NCBI GenBank assembly: GCA_965222035.1
Contig: OZ244940.1
Span: 899,015 to 963,014 of the forward strand
Length of the DNA: 64,000 nt
Source of the DNA: Candidatus Amphirhobacter sp.
GTDB lineage: Bacteria > Pseudomonadota > Gammaproteobacteria > Tethybacterales > Tethybacteraceae
Reading direction: 5' to 3'
In this document: positions 1-8,499 of the stretch, piece by piece
Layout of the letters: the number at the start of each line of letters is the position of its first letter
Numbering within the stretch: position 1 is the stretch's first letter
Made by a program: the position numbers and the translations under genes
The notes under the pieces: model-generated
Databases searched by the model: none
What the model was told of the DNA's origin: nothing
The model's input: the letters and a program-made list of their open reading frames with translations, nothing else

Positions 1-298
1 GCCCAAGGACAAGGGCTTCAAGCTCGAGCTGCGGCTGTTCGGGTCCGAGGGCGTGCTCATCCTCGACATCGAGCACGAGCGCCTCGAGGTCCAGCGCCTC
101 GACGGCGAGCACGTCGCCAACCAGATGGAGCCCGGCGACGGCGCCTACGCCTGCGTCGAGCCCTACGCCAAGCTGGCGGCGTACTGCCGGGGCGACAGTC
201 CCGTCAACGATTCGCCAGCCAACGCCAACCGGCGCGTGGTCGAGATCCTCGATGCCATGTACCGGTCTTTCGCCAGCGGCGCCGCCGAGGAGGTCTGA
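1..298 (+). CDS. Gfo/Idh/MocA-family oxidoreductase, C-terminal part (5' end lies upstream of window)
   Basis: Open frame from position 2 to TGA at 296-298; C-terminal alpha/beta domain-like sequence typical of Gfo/Idh/MocA dehydrogenases; high-GC codon bias. Confidence 0.5.
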   Translation, partial: PKDKGFKLELRLFGSEGVLILDIEHERLEVQRLDGEHVANQMEPGDGAYACVEPYAKLAAYCRGDSPVNDSPANANRRVVEILDAMYRSFASGAAEEV

Positions 299-302
299 AC
301 CC

Positions 303-1124
303 ATGAAACTCACCCTGACCACATGGTCCTTTCCCGCCTGCGACCTGAGCCAGGCGATTGCGCTCAGCCGCTCCCTCGACATCAACGCCGTCGACGTCGG
401 CTACTTCTACGCCTCCGCGCTCGACAAGGCCAAGGTGCTCAAGCAGCCGGAGGAAGAGGGCAAGAAGCTCGCCGGTCTGGGCATCGACACGCCCTGCCTG
501 TACCACCTGTTCGGCGACAGCCTGGCCGACCGCAACCAGGCCGATCCCAGCTCCCTCAAGGCCAACGCCGCCGACTTCAAGCAGGCAATGCTCTTTTGCA
601 AGGCGGCCGGCATCGGCACCGTCTTCATCCTGCCCGGCGTCGTCAATCCGGGCCAAAGCCGCTCCCAGGCGCTGCAGGTCTCGGCCGCCAGCCTCAAGGA
701 GATGCTGGCGATCGGCCAGGACGCCGGCGTGACCGTAACCACCGAGCCACACGTCCATTCCTATCTCGAGACCCCTACCCTGACGCTCGAGCTGCTGGAC
801 TTGGTGCCCGGCCTGAAGCTCACGCTGGACTACGCCCACTTCCTGTGCCTGGGCTACCGCCAGGAAGAGATCGACCCGCTCGCCCCGCATGCGGCCCACA
901 TGCATGTCCGCCAGGCAAGGCCGGGCTTCTTGCAGGCCAAGGGGGCCGAGGGCACCCTCAATGTCGGAGCCATGCTCGGGACCCTGCGGGACGCAGGCTT
1001 CGACGGCCACCTCGCCGTCGAGTTCGTGCACCAGAACTATATGGGTACGCTGTATGACGACGTGCTCACCGAGACCGTCGCCATGCGCGACGCTATGCGC
1101 GCATGGCTGCAAGGCAACCCATAG
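303..1124 (+). CDS. sugar phosphate isomerase/epimerase (xylose-isomerase-like TIM barrel) family protein
   Basis: ATG at 303 preceded by GAGGAGG RBS; MKLTLTTWSF... TIM-barrel AP-endonuclease/xylose isomerase-like fold family; the track start at 252 is an unsupported upstream extension. Confidence 0.65.
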   Translation: MKLTLTTWSFPACDLSQAIALSRSLDINAVDVGYFYASALDKAKVLKQPEEEGKKLAGLGIDTPCLYHLFGDSLADRNQADPSSLKANAADFKQAMLFCKAAGIGTVFILPGVVNPGQSRSQALQVSAASLKEMLAIGQDAGVTVTTEPHVHSYLETPTLTLELLDLVPGLKLTLDYAHFLCLGYRQEEIDPLAPHAAHMHVRQARPGFLQAKGAEGTLNVGAMLGTLRDAGFDGHLAVEFVHQNYMGTLYDDVLTETVAMRDAMRAWLQGNP

Positions 1125-1891
1125 CGCTGGTCACCGGCGCGGCCGGCGGCCTGGGCAAGGCCATCGCCGCGCGGCTCGCGCAGGACGGCTATCGCCTGCT
1201 GCTGCTCGACGCCGACGCCGGCGCGCTCGAGAGCACCGCTGCTGAGCTGCAGGCTGCAGCCAGCCGTACCGTGAACATCGCCGACGCCGACGCCGTCAAC
1301 AACGCGGTCGCGGAGCTCGAGGGCGAGGACGGCATCGACCTGCTCGTCAACAACGCCGGCATCCACACCCACAGCCTGCTGGTCGACACCAAGGACGAGC
1401 AGTGGCGCAAATTGTTCGACGTCAACGTCCACGGCACCTTTCACATGTGCCGGGCCGTCGGCCGCGGCATGATGCGCCGCAAAAGCGGGGCCATCATCAA
1501 CGTCATCACCCGGCTCGGCTTCGCCAATCCCTATTCGAGCGCCTACATGGCGACCAAGAGCGCGGTGTGGGGCTTCAGCCTCTGCCTCGCGATCGAAGCC
1601 GCCGCCTACGGCGTGCGCGTCAACTGCGTCGCGCCCGGACACGTCGGGCCGGGTACCGGCATGGAGAAGATGTTCCGCCTCAAGGCCGACCTGCTCGGCA
1701 TGAGCTGGGAGGACTTCGAGCGCTCGGTGCACCAGGCCATCCCCGCCGGCCGCTGGTGCCGGCCGGACGACGTGGCCGCAGCGGTGTCCTACCTGGCCTC
1801 GCCGGAGGCCTCCTTCGTACTCGGCGAGGTCCTGCATGTGACCGGCGGCTTCCAGAGCTACGCCCAGCGCCCGCCGGTGGAGGAACTGTGA
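1103..1891 (+). CDS. short-chain dehydrogenase/reductase (SDR) family oxidoreductase
   Basis: N-terminal TGAAGGLG Rossmann motif, NNAG, YxxxK-type active site region (YMATK); 262 aa. Confidence 0.8.
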   Translation: MAARQPIALVTGAAGGLGKAIAARLAQDGYRLLLLDADAGALESTAAELQAAASRTVNIADADAVNNAVAELEGEDGIDLLVNNAGIHTHSLLVDTKDEQWRKLFDVNVHGTFHMCRAVGRGMMRRKSGAIINVITRLGFANPYSSAYMATKSAVWGFSLCLAIEAAAYGVRVNCVAPGHVGPGTGMEKMFRLKADLLGMSWEDFERSVHQAIPAGRWCRPDDVAAAVSYLASPEASFVLGEVLHVTGGFQSYAQRPPVEEL

Positions 1892-2655
1892 GCGCCAAGC
1901 GCCTCGACCGCGCCGCCATCATGCGGCCGGGTTTCTCCACCCCCTGGGACGCGCCGCTGGTGCCCTCCTTCCCGTTCAGCTTCCGCGACGTGCGCGTCCT
2001 GACCGCCGCATGGCGCACCGACCCCGACGCCATCGCCGCGCAGCTGCCGCCGCCGCTCGAGCCGCTCGGCGACGTCGTCCTCGCGCACATCTACGACATG
2101 GGCGACGTCGACTGGCTCGGGCACTACCAGGAGAGCAACGTCATGATCGGCGCGCGCATGCCCGGCGGCAAGGTACGCGGCGGCTATTCGTGCTACTTGT
2201 TCCTCGCCGCCGACGGCGGCGTCGCCCACGGGCGCGAGATCCACGGCCAGCCGAAAAAAAGCGGCGCGCCGCGGCTGGAGTTCCGCGAGGACCTGATCGT
2301 CGGGTCCATCGCGCGCAACGGCATCGACGTGCTCACCGCCACCATGCCGTACAAGCAACAACGCGCCGCGCTCGCCGCGCTCAAGAAACTGCTGCCCTTC
2401 GACACCAACCTCGCGCTCAAGGCCGTCGACCACATCGACCACACGCCGGCGATCCGGCAGTTGACCGCCCGCAAACTCACCCAGGTCAAGGTGCATGAAT
2501 GCTGGCGCGGGCCCGGGACCGTCGAGCTGCGACCCAACGCCCAGGCGCCGCTGCACCGCCTGCCGGTGCTCGAGATGCTGGACAATTTCTACTGGCGGGC
2601 CGATTTCACCCTGGTGAAAGGACGCGTCATCTACAATTACCTCAAGGAGGAGTGA
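1888..2655 (+). CDS. acetoacetate decarboxylase (ADC)-family protein
   Basis: GTG start overlapping SDR stop (GTGA), RBS GGTGGAGGAA upstream; the 417-aa track ORF 1402..2655 is an over-extension into the SDR gene in another frame. Confidence 0.55.
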   Translation: MSAKRLDRAAIMRPGFSTPWDAPLVPSFPFSFRDVRVLTAAWRTDPDAIAAQLPPPLEPLGDVVLAHIYDMGDVDWLGHYQESNVMIGARMPGGKVRGGYSCYLFLAADGGVAHGREIHGQPKKSGAPRLEFREDLIVGSIARNGIDVLTATMPYKQQRAALAALKKLLPFDTNLALKAVDHIDHTPAIRQLTARKLTQVKVHECWRGPGTVELRPNAQAPLHRLPVLEMLDNFYWRADFTLVKGRVIYNYLKEE

Positions 2656-2659
2656 CATC

Positions 2660-2977
2660 ATGAGCAAACACTACGCATGGGTGCTGGAAGTGCGCCCCGG
2701 CTACGAAGAGGAGTACAAAAAGCGCCACGACGAGATCTGGCCGGAGATGACTGCGGCGCTCAAGGAAGCCGGCATCAGCAACTACTCGATCTTCCGCCAC
2801 GGCCTGACGCTGTTCGGCTACTTCGAGACCGACGACCTCGACGCCACCATCAAGGCGCTCGGCGCCAGCGACGCCAACCGCCGCTGGGGCGAGGCCATGG
2901 CCCCGATCATGAAGATCGACATCGACACCCGGCGCAACTTCCCCTTCCTGCTGCCGCTGCAGTGGCACATGGACTAG
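2660..2977 (+). CDS. rhaM: L-rhamnose mutarotase (RhaM/YiiL family)
   Basis: 105 aa, MSKHYAWVLEVRPGYEEEYKKRHDEIWPE... matches the RhaM/YiiL mutarotase family closely. Confidence 0.8.
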   Translation: MSKHYAWVLEVRPGYEEEYKKRHDEIWPEMTAALKEAGISNYSIFRHGLTLFGYFETDDLDATIKALGASDANRRWGEAMAPIMKIDIDTRRNFPFLLPLQWHMD

Positions 2978-2981
2978 GGCC

Positions 2982-4109
2982 ATGCGCGTCGCAAGCGTCA
3001 AGGCCCACATCGTACGCTATCCGGAGCCCAACGACCACAACAACGAGCGCATGACCGTCCTGGTCGCGGTCGAGGACGGCGACGGCGCCTGCGGCTGGGG
3101 CGAGGCCATCGCCATGTGGCCGGAAGCCTGCCACGCGGTCGCGACCGTCGTCAATGAAGGCCTCGCGCCGGTGGTTGCCGGCGGCGATCCGCGCGACATC
3201 GAAGGACACTGGCAGCGCATGCGCGCCCACAGCTGGTGGTACGGCGAGGGCGGCATCGCCTCGATGGCGCTGTCCGCCGTCGACATGGCGCTGTGGGACC
3301 TCAAGGGCAAGCTGCTCGGCGAACCGCTGTGGCGCCTGCTCGGCGGCCGCAGCCACGAGCGCCTGCCGGCATGCTCATGCCTGCACGTCAACAAGGAGAC
3401 CATCGAGGAGAACGTCGCTGAGATCGCCGGCCACATCGAGAACGGCTTTCGCGCGACCAAGCTCGGCTTCGGCAAGAAGGGCAAGTCCCGCGTCGGCGGC
3501 GATCCGGACTACGACGTCGAGTTCGTCCGCCAGGTGCGCGAAGCCATCGGCCCGCAGACGCCGCTGTATATCGATGTCGGCAACGGCGTCAAGTGGAGCA
3601 CCGGGACCGCGCTGTACGCCGCGCGCCGCATGGAGGAGATCGGCATCGACTGGATCGAGGAGCCGCTGTATCCCACCAACTGGGACGGCTACCGCGAGCT
3701 CAAGCGCCAGCTGCGGGTCCCCATCGCCTCCGGCGAGCGCGAGTTCACGGTGACCGGCTATGAGCGCCTGCTCGCGACCGGCGCCATCGACGTCTTCGGC
3801 ATCGATCCCGGCCGGGCCGAGGGCATCACCGGCTTCGTGCGCGCCGCAAGGCTGATCGAGGCCGCCGGCCGCATCGTCAACGCCCACGCCTGGAGCACCG
3901 CCATCACCTCTGCTGCATCATTGGCGCTGTCGGTGCACTGTCCCAACGCCATCGTCTTCGAGCTCAAGCCGCAGCCGAGCCCGATGCAGCACGAGCTGGT
4001 CGAAGAGCCGATCTGGCACAACGACGGCTGGGTCGCGCCGAACGACGAGCCCGGCCTGGGGCTCGAGCCCAAGCGCGCGGTGATCGAGAAGTACCTGGTC
4101 GGTACCTAG
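2982..4109 (+). CDS. enolase-superfamily (mandelate racemase/muconate lactonizing enzyme family) sugar-acid dehydratase
   Basis: 375 aa MR/MLE N- and C-terminal domains (KxK, metal ligands D/E/D region); likely L-rhamnonate/L-fuconate-type dehydratase given adjacent rhaM; stop TAG 4107-4109. Confidence 0.8.
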   Translation: MRVASVKAHIVRYPEPNDHNNERMTVLVAVEDGDGACGWGEAIAMWPEACHAVATVVNEGLAPVVAGGDPRDIEGHWQRMRAHSWWYGEGGIASMALSAVDMALWDLKGKLLGEPLWRLLGGRSHERLPACSCLHVNKETIEENVAEIAGHIENGFRATKLGFGKKGKSRVGGDPDYDVEFVRQVREAIGPQTPLYIDVGNGVKWSTGTALYAARRMEEIGIDWIEEPLYPTNWDGYRELKRQLRVPIASGEREFTVTGYERLLATGAIDVFGIDPGRAEGITGFVRAARLIEAAGRIVNAHAWSTAITSAASLALSVHCPNAIVFELKPQPSPMQHELVEEPIWHNDGWVAPNDEPGLGLEPKRAVIEKYLVGT

Positions 4110-4116
4110 GCCGGCG
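4041..4116. repeat. 76-bp direct repeat, copy 1 (3' end of enolase-family CDS + stop), left boundary of low-GC insert
   Basis: aacgacgagcccggcctggggctcgagcccaagcgcgcggtgatcgagaagtacctggtcgg..ctaggccggcg repeated at 6319-6394 with 3-4 mismatches. Confidence 0.85.
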
Positions 4117-4199
4117 TCGCGGCTAAAAACAAAGTCAACGCACAGAACCACCACAGCGCCATCGAGTTCGATTGCGAAGGTGGCAGCGGTAGCCAACAC

Positions 4200-4697
4200 T
4201 CATGCTGTTGCACTCTTGGTAATAGCGGCGAAAGCACTCTTGAATTTGGTTATTGGTAGCAGCAAGGCCGGCGTACGGGTAAGTTTGAATAGAGTACTAG
4301 TCCCCCTGGCCATTGGAGTTAGCTGCAGGTTTTTCAATTGGCTTATAGAGTAGAGATTGAAATAAATCTGTTCAGGCTTTATACCCAATACGCAGAGGAT
4401 GTCGTATTTAGTGTCATGGCGAATGCCATTGAACTGGAAATTTCCATCCACATCCTCCGAGGCCATTTTGACCTCGATTTTCTGGCCATCGATTATGAGG
4501 TCATATTCCCCAATCCTGCTGGGGGCAGGTTCAGCTTGCATCTTGTGCTGCTGAGCTAGCCACACGATGAAATCCTCCGCTATCTGACCTTTGCCTGTAG
4601 CAGACAAGAACTTGATATCTCTGAAGAGACCTGGTCCCCCTTTCTCGAGATCCTTGCGCTTGCGAATCAAATTCGCTAGATAACTCTCGGGTTTCAT
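4200..4697 (-). CDS. hypothetical protein, putative PD-(D/E)xK-fold nuclease subunit (paralog A)
   Basis: 165 aa; motifs AEDF (helix E), EYDLII (D), IEVK (ExK); about 55% identical to adjacent paralog; third gene of MTase operon. Confidence 0.55.
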   Translation of the reverse strand: MKPESYLANLIRKRKDLEKGGPGLFRDIKFLSATGKGQIAEDFIVWLAQQHKMQAEPAPSRIGEYDLIIDGQKIEVKMASEDVDGNFQFNGIRHDTKYDILCVLGIKPEQIYFNLYSISQLKNLQLTPMARGTSTLFKLTRTPALLLPITKFKSAFAAITKSATA

Positions 4698-4758
4698 ATT
4701 TCGAGCATTGATTTTAACCGAGCCGCATCATCAAAGATGTACAACTAAGAAAAGTCGG

Positions 4759-5253
4759 CTATTCCTTGGACTTCTCCAGTTTTACAAACATGCTTTTAAA
4801 CTCAGTAATAGGATACAGCGAATTTTTTGGCCGCGTGAGCTTGAATGAGGAATTAGTGGACTTGGCCATGCGTACCAGAGGAAGGTCGGTTAGAACATTT
4901 TTCGGATAGAGATTGAAATAAATCTCGTTGGGAGATATGCCTAGGACGCACAATATCTCGTATTTGGTGTCGTAGCGAACACCGTTGAACTGAAAATGTC
5001 CGTTCACATCTTCCGAGGCCATTTTGACCTCGAGTTTGCGCTCATTGACCATCACGTCAAATTCGCCAAGGCGGCTTCCGCTTGAATCCGCCTCCATGTG
5101 GTAATGCCTCGCAATCCACACAATAAAATCCTCGGCCAGCTGCCCCTTGTCAGTGGCCGACAGATTCTTCACATCCGCAAAGATGCCGCTGGCCCATTTG
5201 CCCGGTTTTTTATATTTCTGGATTAGATTCCCCAGATGTTCTTCAGGGCTCAT
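4759..5253 (-). CDS. hypothetical protein, putative PD-(D/E)xK-fold nuclease subunit (paralog B)
   Basis: 164 aa; AEDF..EFDVMV..LEVK; start ATG overlaps MTase stop (ATGA coupling). Confidence 0.55.
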   Translation of the reverse strand: MSPEEHLGNLIQKYKKPGKWASGIFADVKNLSATDKGQLAEDFIVWIARHYHMEADSSGSRLGEFDVMVNERKLEVKMASEDVNGHFQFNGVRYDTKYEILCVLGISPNEIYFNLYPKNVLTDLPLVRMAKSTNSSFKLTRPKNSLYPITEFKSMFVKLEKSKE

Positions 5254-6287
5254 TTCTTATCCTTGAAGCCTGCCCCAATCACAGCATCTCGGATATGTCT
5301 CATGCGCAGGTGGCGGCAGTGATTCGTGGAACGTGATGAGAGAGCCATCCAGTTCGTTTTTCGCAAAGCAGCCAATACCTTTCTTTTCTGTTTTTTTATG
5401 ACGATTCCGTATCCCGATCCATATTTGACATCATCGAATTTAAAGACAATCTGGGGCGGATGGTTGTCGTAAAAGGAACTAGTGATGAAGCAATCATATT
5501 CATGCATGTGATCAAGGCCGCAGCGCCGATCCGGTGCGGTACATACGGTCCGTATATGAATAAAGCTATCGCAGGTATCCGGCCGCAAAGCCGCAGGTAC
5601 TTCCCGCGCGCCCCACACCTGGAAAACCGTGCAGATATCCCTATCTTGCTCGCCCACATAAAACGAGTTCGGTTCTAGCTCCATGGAGTGGAGTAGATTG
5701 AGGTTCTTGACTCGCGTCATCGCTCCGCCCTTGCCGTCGCTAGCGAAAGTCATCGGCAGAATGAAGCCTACTAGCTCAGCGAAGCGGCCGGCTCGGTTGA
5801 GGAACTCTAGCGCAAGAGCGCCGCGTATACCGAAGGGCGGGTTGCCTATGACGGCATAGGCCCCTTTTTTACGTGGTGACCACTTGAGGAAATCAGCCTG
5901 CTTAATACCTTTGCCTTGCGGGTCTATGTCGAGCGCGATACGGCGATTTGACGGCAGCAGCTCGGTGAAACAGCCTTCGCCAGCGCTGGGCTCGACGAAG
6001 ATGTGCCGATTCAGGTTGTAGCCGTGTTTCCGCGCTACTTCCTTGAACACCGCATAGCACTGGCTAGCTACCGCTTTATGGGTGAACCATTTATCACCCG
6101 GGTCCTTCTTGTTGATGGCGTACCACGGTGGTTCGCTACGGGGAATGGCCCCGCCCGCAAAAACCATCGCGTTTCCGATGGGTACTAATACCCCGGTGGG
6201 GTGAAGACCTGGCAGGAAGTCAGCGGATGCCATGCAACCGTTCTTCCTTCTGCTAACCCCTGGATTCCATTGCTCTAATTTTAGCAT
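5250..6287 (-). CDS. DNA methyltransferase, gamma-class (N6-adenine or N4-cytosine), NPPF motif
   Basis: Motif I VEPSAGEGCF followed by motif IV GNPPFG; order I then IV = gamma class; alternative start at 6233 (MASADF...) has better RBS AGAAGGAAG. Confidence 0.75.
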   Translation of the reverse strand: MLKLEQWNPGVSRRKNGCMASADFLPGLHPTGVLVPIGNAMVFAGGAIPRSEPPWYAINKKDPGDKWFTHKAVASQCYAVFKEVARKHGYNLNRHIFVEPSAGEGCFTELLPSNRRIALDIDPQGKGIKQADFLKWSPRKKGAYAVIGNPPFGIRGALALEFLNRAGRFAELVGFILPMTFASDGKGGAMTRVKNLNLLHSMELEPNSFYVGEQDRDICTVFQVWGAREVPAALRPDTCDSFIHIRTVCTAPDRRCGLDHMHEYDCFITSSFYDNHPPQIVFKFDDVKYGSGYGIVIKKQKRKVLAALRKTNWMALSSRSTNHCRHLRMRHIRDAVIGAGFKDKK

Positions 6288-6318
6288 GAATCATCGTCCT
6301 CGAAACCGGCAGTATGCT

Positions 6319-6394
6319 AACGACGAGCCCGGCCTGGGGCTCGAGCCCAAGCGCGCGGTGATCGAAAAGTACCTGGTCGGACCCTAGGCCGGCG
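6319..6394. repeat. 76-bp direct repeat, copy 2 (right boundary of insert)
   Basis: Near-identical to 4041-4116; contains overlapping convergent stops CTAG (6384-6387) of the ancestral arrangement. Confidence 0.85.
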
Positions 6395-7502
6395 CGCGGC
6401 GGGCCGCATCCTGCAGCGAAGCGCCGATGGCCGTGCGCCGCGGCTCGAACATCTTTTTCAGCCGCAGGCTGTTGCCCATGCTGTCATGGGCCTCGAGGTC
6501 GCAATCGACGCAGTCGAAGACCGTGAAGTCCGCGCGCGTACCCGTCTGCGCCGCGGCGTCCAGGCCGAGGAAGGCGCGCGGGCGCGCGGCCACCGCCGCG
6601 ACGCATTCATCGAAGGGCAGCCCGACCGCATGCAGCTTGGCCATGGTCGTCGCCATGTCATAGACCGGACCGTCGATGTTCTCGCGGTGCAGGTCAGTCG
6701 AGATCGAATAGGGCCGCAGGCCGTCGGCGAGCGCGCGCTTGGCCGTGTCGAAATGGAACGAGGCCGCGCCGTGGCCCACGTCCATCAAAATGCCGCGCTC
6801 GGCCGCCTGCTTGGCCAAGGCAAACACGCCGGGCGCGTCGGTCAAGGAGCCGGCCGGCTTGCCGTTGAAGCAGTGGGTGATCACGTCGCCGGGCTCGAGG
6901 ATCTCGAGCACCTCGTCGGGAATGGGAGGCGGCTCGCCGATGTGCGCCATCAGCGGCAGGCCCGCCATCTGGGCGACGCGCTTGGCCACCCGTACCGGAC
7001 CGGCGCCCCACGAACCGACGATGACGCCGCTGGCGCGGATCTTGACCCCGCAGACCACATCGCGGTTCTTCTCGATCACCTCTAGGGTACGACCCACATC
7101 GATGAAGCGGGCGTCGAGCAGTTCGGGGATGCGGTTGCAGCACACCAAACCGATCGAGGAGATGTTGACGAAGGCGCGCATGGTCTCGGCGCCCTCCTCG
7201 AGGACGTACTCGCGCAGGCCGTGGAAACTGCCCTCGCCGGCGCTGCCGGCGTCGGCCATGGCGGTCACGCCGGTGGCGCGGCCGGCGTCCTTGGCGCGGA
7301 CCGAGATGTCGGTGCCGCCGTGCCAGACATGCACGTGCAGGTCGGTCCAGCCCGGCGACAGCCAGCTGCCGCCGCAGTCGATGTCCTCGGCGCCGTCAGC
7401 CGGCCGCGCGGCGATCAGACCGTCGGCGTCGACATGGATGACATCACCTGGATCCTGCGCGAAGCCCGCAGGCTGGAAGTTGCGCAGGCTGTAGGCGCTC
7501 AC
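6384..7502 (-). CDS. amidohydrolase-superfamily protein (NagA/dihydroorotase-like metal-dependent hydrolase)
   Basis: HVHVW HxH motif near N-terminus, C-terminal ...RADFTVFD segment like NagA/DHOase-type amidohydrolases; 372 aa. Confidence 0.7.
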   Translation of the reverse strand: MSAYSLRNFQPAGFAQDPGDVIHVDADGLIAARPADGAEDIDCGGSWLSPGWTDLHVHVWHGGTDISVRAKDAGRATGVTAMADAGSAGEGSFHGLREYVLEEGAETMRAFVNISSIGLVCCNRIPELLDARFIDVGRTLEVIEKNRDVVCGVKIRASGVIVGSWGAGPVRVAKRVAQMAGLPLMAHIGEPPPIPDEVLEILEPGDVITHCFNGKPAGSLTDAPGVFALAKQAAERGILMDVGHGAASFHFDTAKRALADGLRPYSISTDLHRENIDGPVYDMATTMAKLHAVGLPFDECVAAVAARPRAFLGLDAAAQTGTRADFTVFDCVDCDLEAHDSMGNSLRLKKMFEPRRTAIGASLQDAARRAPA

Positions 7503-7963
7503 GGCCGCAGCGCGAAAATCGCCTCGATCTCGACCGTGATCCCGCCGGGCAGCGAGCCCATGCCGACCGCCGAGCGCGCGTGCGAGCCGATCTCCGGCCC
7601 GAAGACATGCACCAGCAGGTCCGAGCAGCCGTCGATCACCAGCGGATGCTTGCTGAAGTCCGGCGGGGCGTTGACCATGCCCAGCAGCTTGACCACCGCC
7701 GCGACACGGCCGAGCCCGCAGTACTCGTGTACGACCGCGAGGATGTTGAGCGCGGTCAGCTGCGCGCGGCGCCGGGCCTCGTCGAGGTCGACGTCGACGC
7801 CGACCTTGCCGCGCAGGCTCTTGCCGTCGGCATCGGTCGGGCCCTGGCCGGAGACATACAGCAGGTCGCCCACCTGCCGGGCCGGGACGTAGTTCGCTAC
7901 CGGCGCCGGCGCGCGCGGCGGCAACTGCAGTCCCAGCTCCTGGAGTTTGGCCTCATGGTCCAT
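7499..7963 (-). CDS. RidA/YjgF/TdcF-family reactive intermediate deaminase
   Basis: ...YVSGQGP...GMGSLPGGITVEIEAIFAL; ATG at 7963 gives 154 aa typical length (track GTG start 8011 probably too long); ATGA overlap with downstream amidohydrolase. Confidence 0.7.
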   Translation of the reverse strand: MDHEAKLQELGLQLPPRAPAPVANYVPARQVGDLLYVSGQGPTDADGKSLRGKVGVDVDLDEARRRAQLTALNILAVVHEYCGLGRVAAVVKLLGMVNAPPDFSKHPLVIDGCSDLLVHVFGPEIGSHARSAVGMGSLPGGITVEIEAIFALRP

Positions 7964-8013
7964 ATCGCGGGAGTTGATTCTAACTACCGCCGCCAGTGTT
8001 TTAAAATCCACCC

Positions 8014-8499
8014 ATGGAGCGCGCCAATCCCTACGCCGGCGACGCGGACCGGGCCCAGCTGTGGGAAATGCTGGTCCGCCGCGATATCGAGGCCTATGTG
8101 CGGCAAGACTGGAGCATGGTCGCGGACGATTTCCTCCCCGAGCAGTTCTTCGGCTTCAGCGCGCGGCACAGCGGCGCGGTGGACAACTGGGGCATGGCCT
8201 ATCCCAGCCTGGCGGCCTACCGCGACGACTGGCTCGCCCAGGCGGCGGAATCCGCCGCGACCGCGGCCACCGATCAGCTGGCCGACGCCCTGCTCGAGCT
8301 GTCGACCTTGACCAGCATCGACATCACGGACGGCTGCGCGGTCGCGCGCAAGTGCTTCGACGGCACGGTCCCGCTGGCGGACGGCAGCCGCTCGGAGCCG
8401 CTCAAGTGGCAGACCCTCTACATCTGCCGCGCGACCGACAGCGGCTGGAAGATCCAGGGCTTCTTCGGCTACCTGCCCTATCCGCTCATCCAGCCATGA
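8014..8499 (+). CDS. SnoaL-like/NTF2-like fold protein (DUF4440-like)
   Basis: 161 aa, divergent from RidA gene with 2-bp intergenic gap; fold assignment by sequence pattern only. Confidence 0.5.
   Translation: MERANPYAGDADRAQLWEMLVRRDIEAYVRQDWSMVADDFLPEQFFGFSARHSGAVDNWGMAYPSLAAYRDDWLAQAAESAATAATDQLADALLELSTLTSIDITDGCAVARKCFDGTVPLADGSRSEPLKWQTLYICRATDSGWKIQGFFGYLPYPLIQP

Larger units (their letters stand above)
4117..6318. mobile_element. 2.2-kb low-GC insert (genomic islet) carrying a DNA methyltransferase and two paralogous small genes; no integrase/transposase
   Basis: GC visibly lower (about 45-50%) than flanks; bounded by 76-bp direct repeats that duplicate the target gene 3' end. Confidence 0.55.

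Noticed and set aside
204-1112. 302-aa minus-strand ORF (and 244-aa and 124-aa plus-strand ORFs at 323-1057 and 358-732) overlapping the sugar-phosphate isomerase gene
   Set aside because: Typical high-GC antisense/alternate-frame artefacts: Arg/Pro/Ala-rich, no RBS, fully embedded in a well-supported CDS
1402-2655. 417-aa ORF from the track
   Set aside because: N-terminal 160 aa run through the SDR gene in another frame and are Arg/Pro-rich; the real ADC-family gene starts at the GTG at 1888
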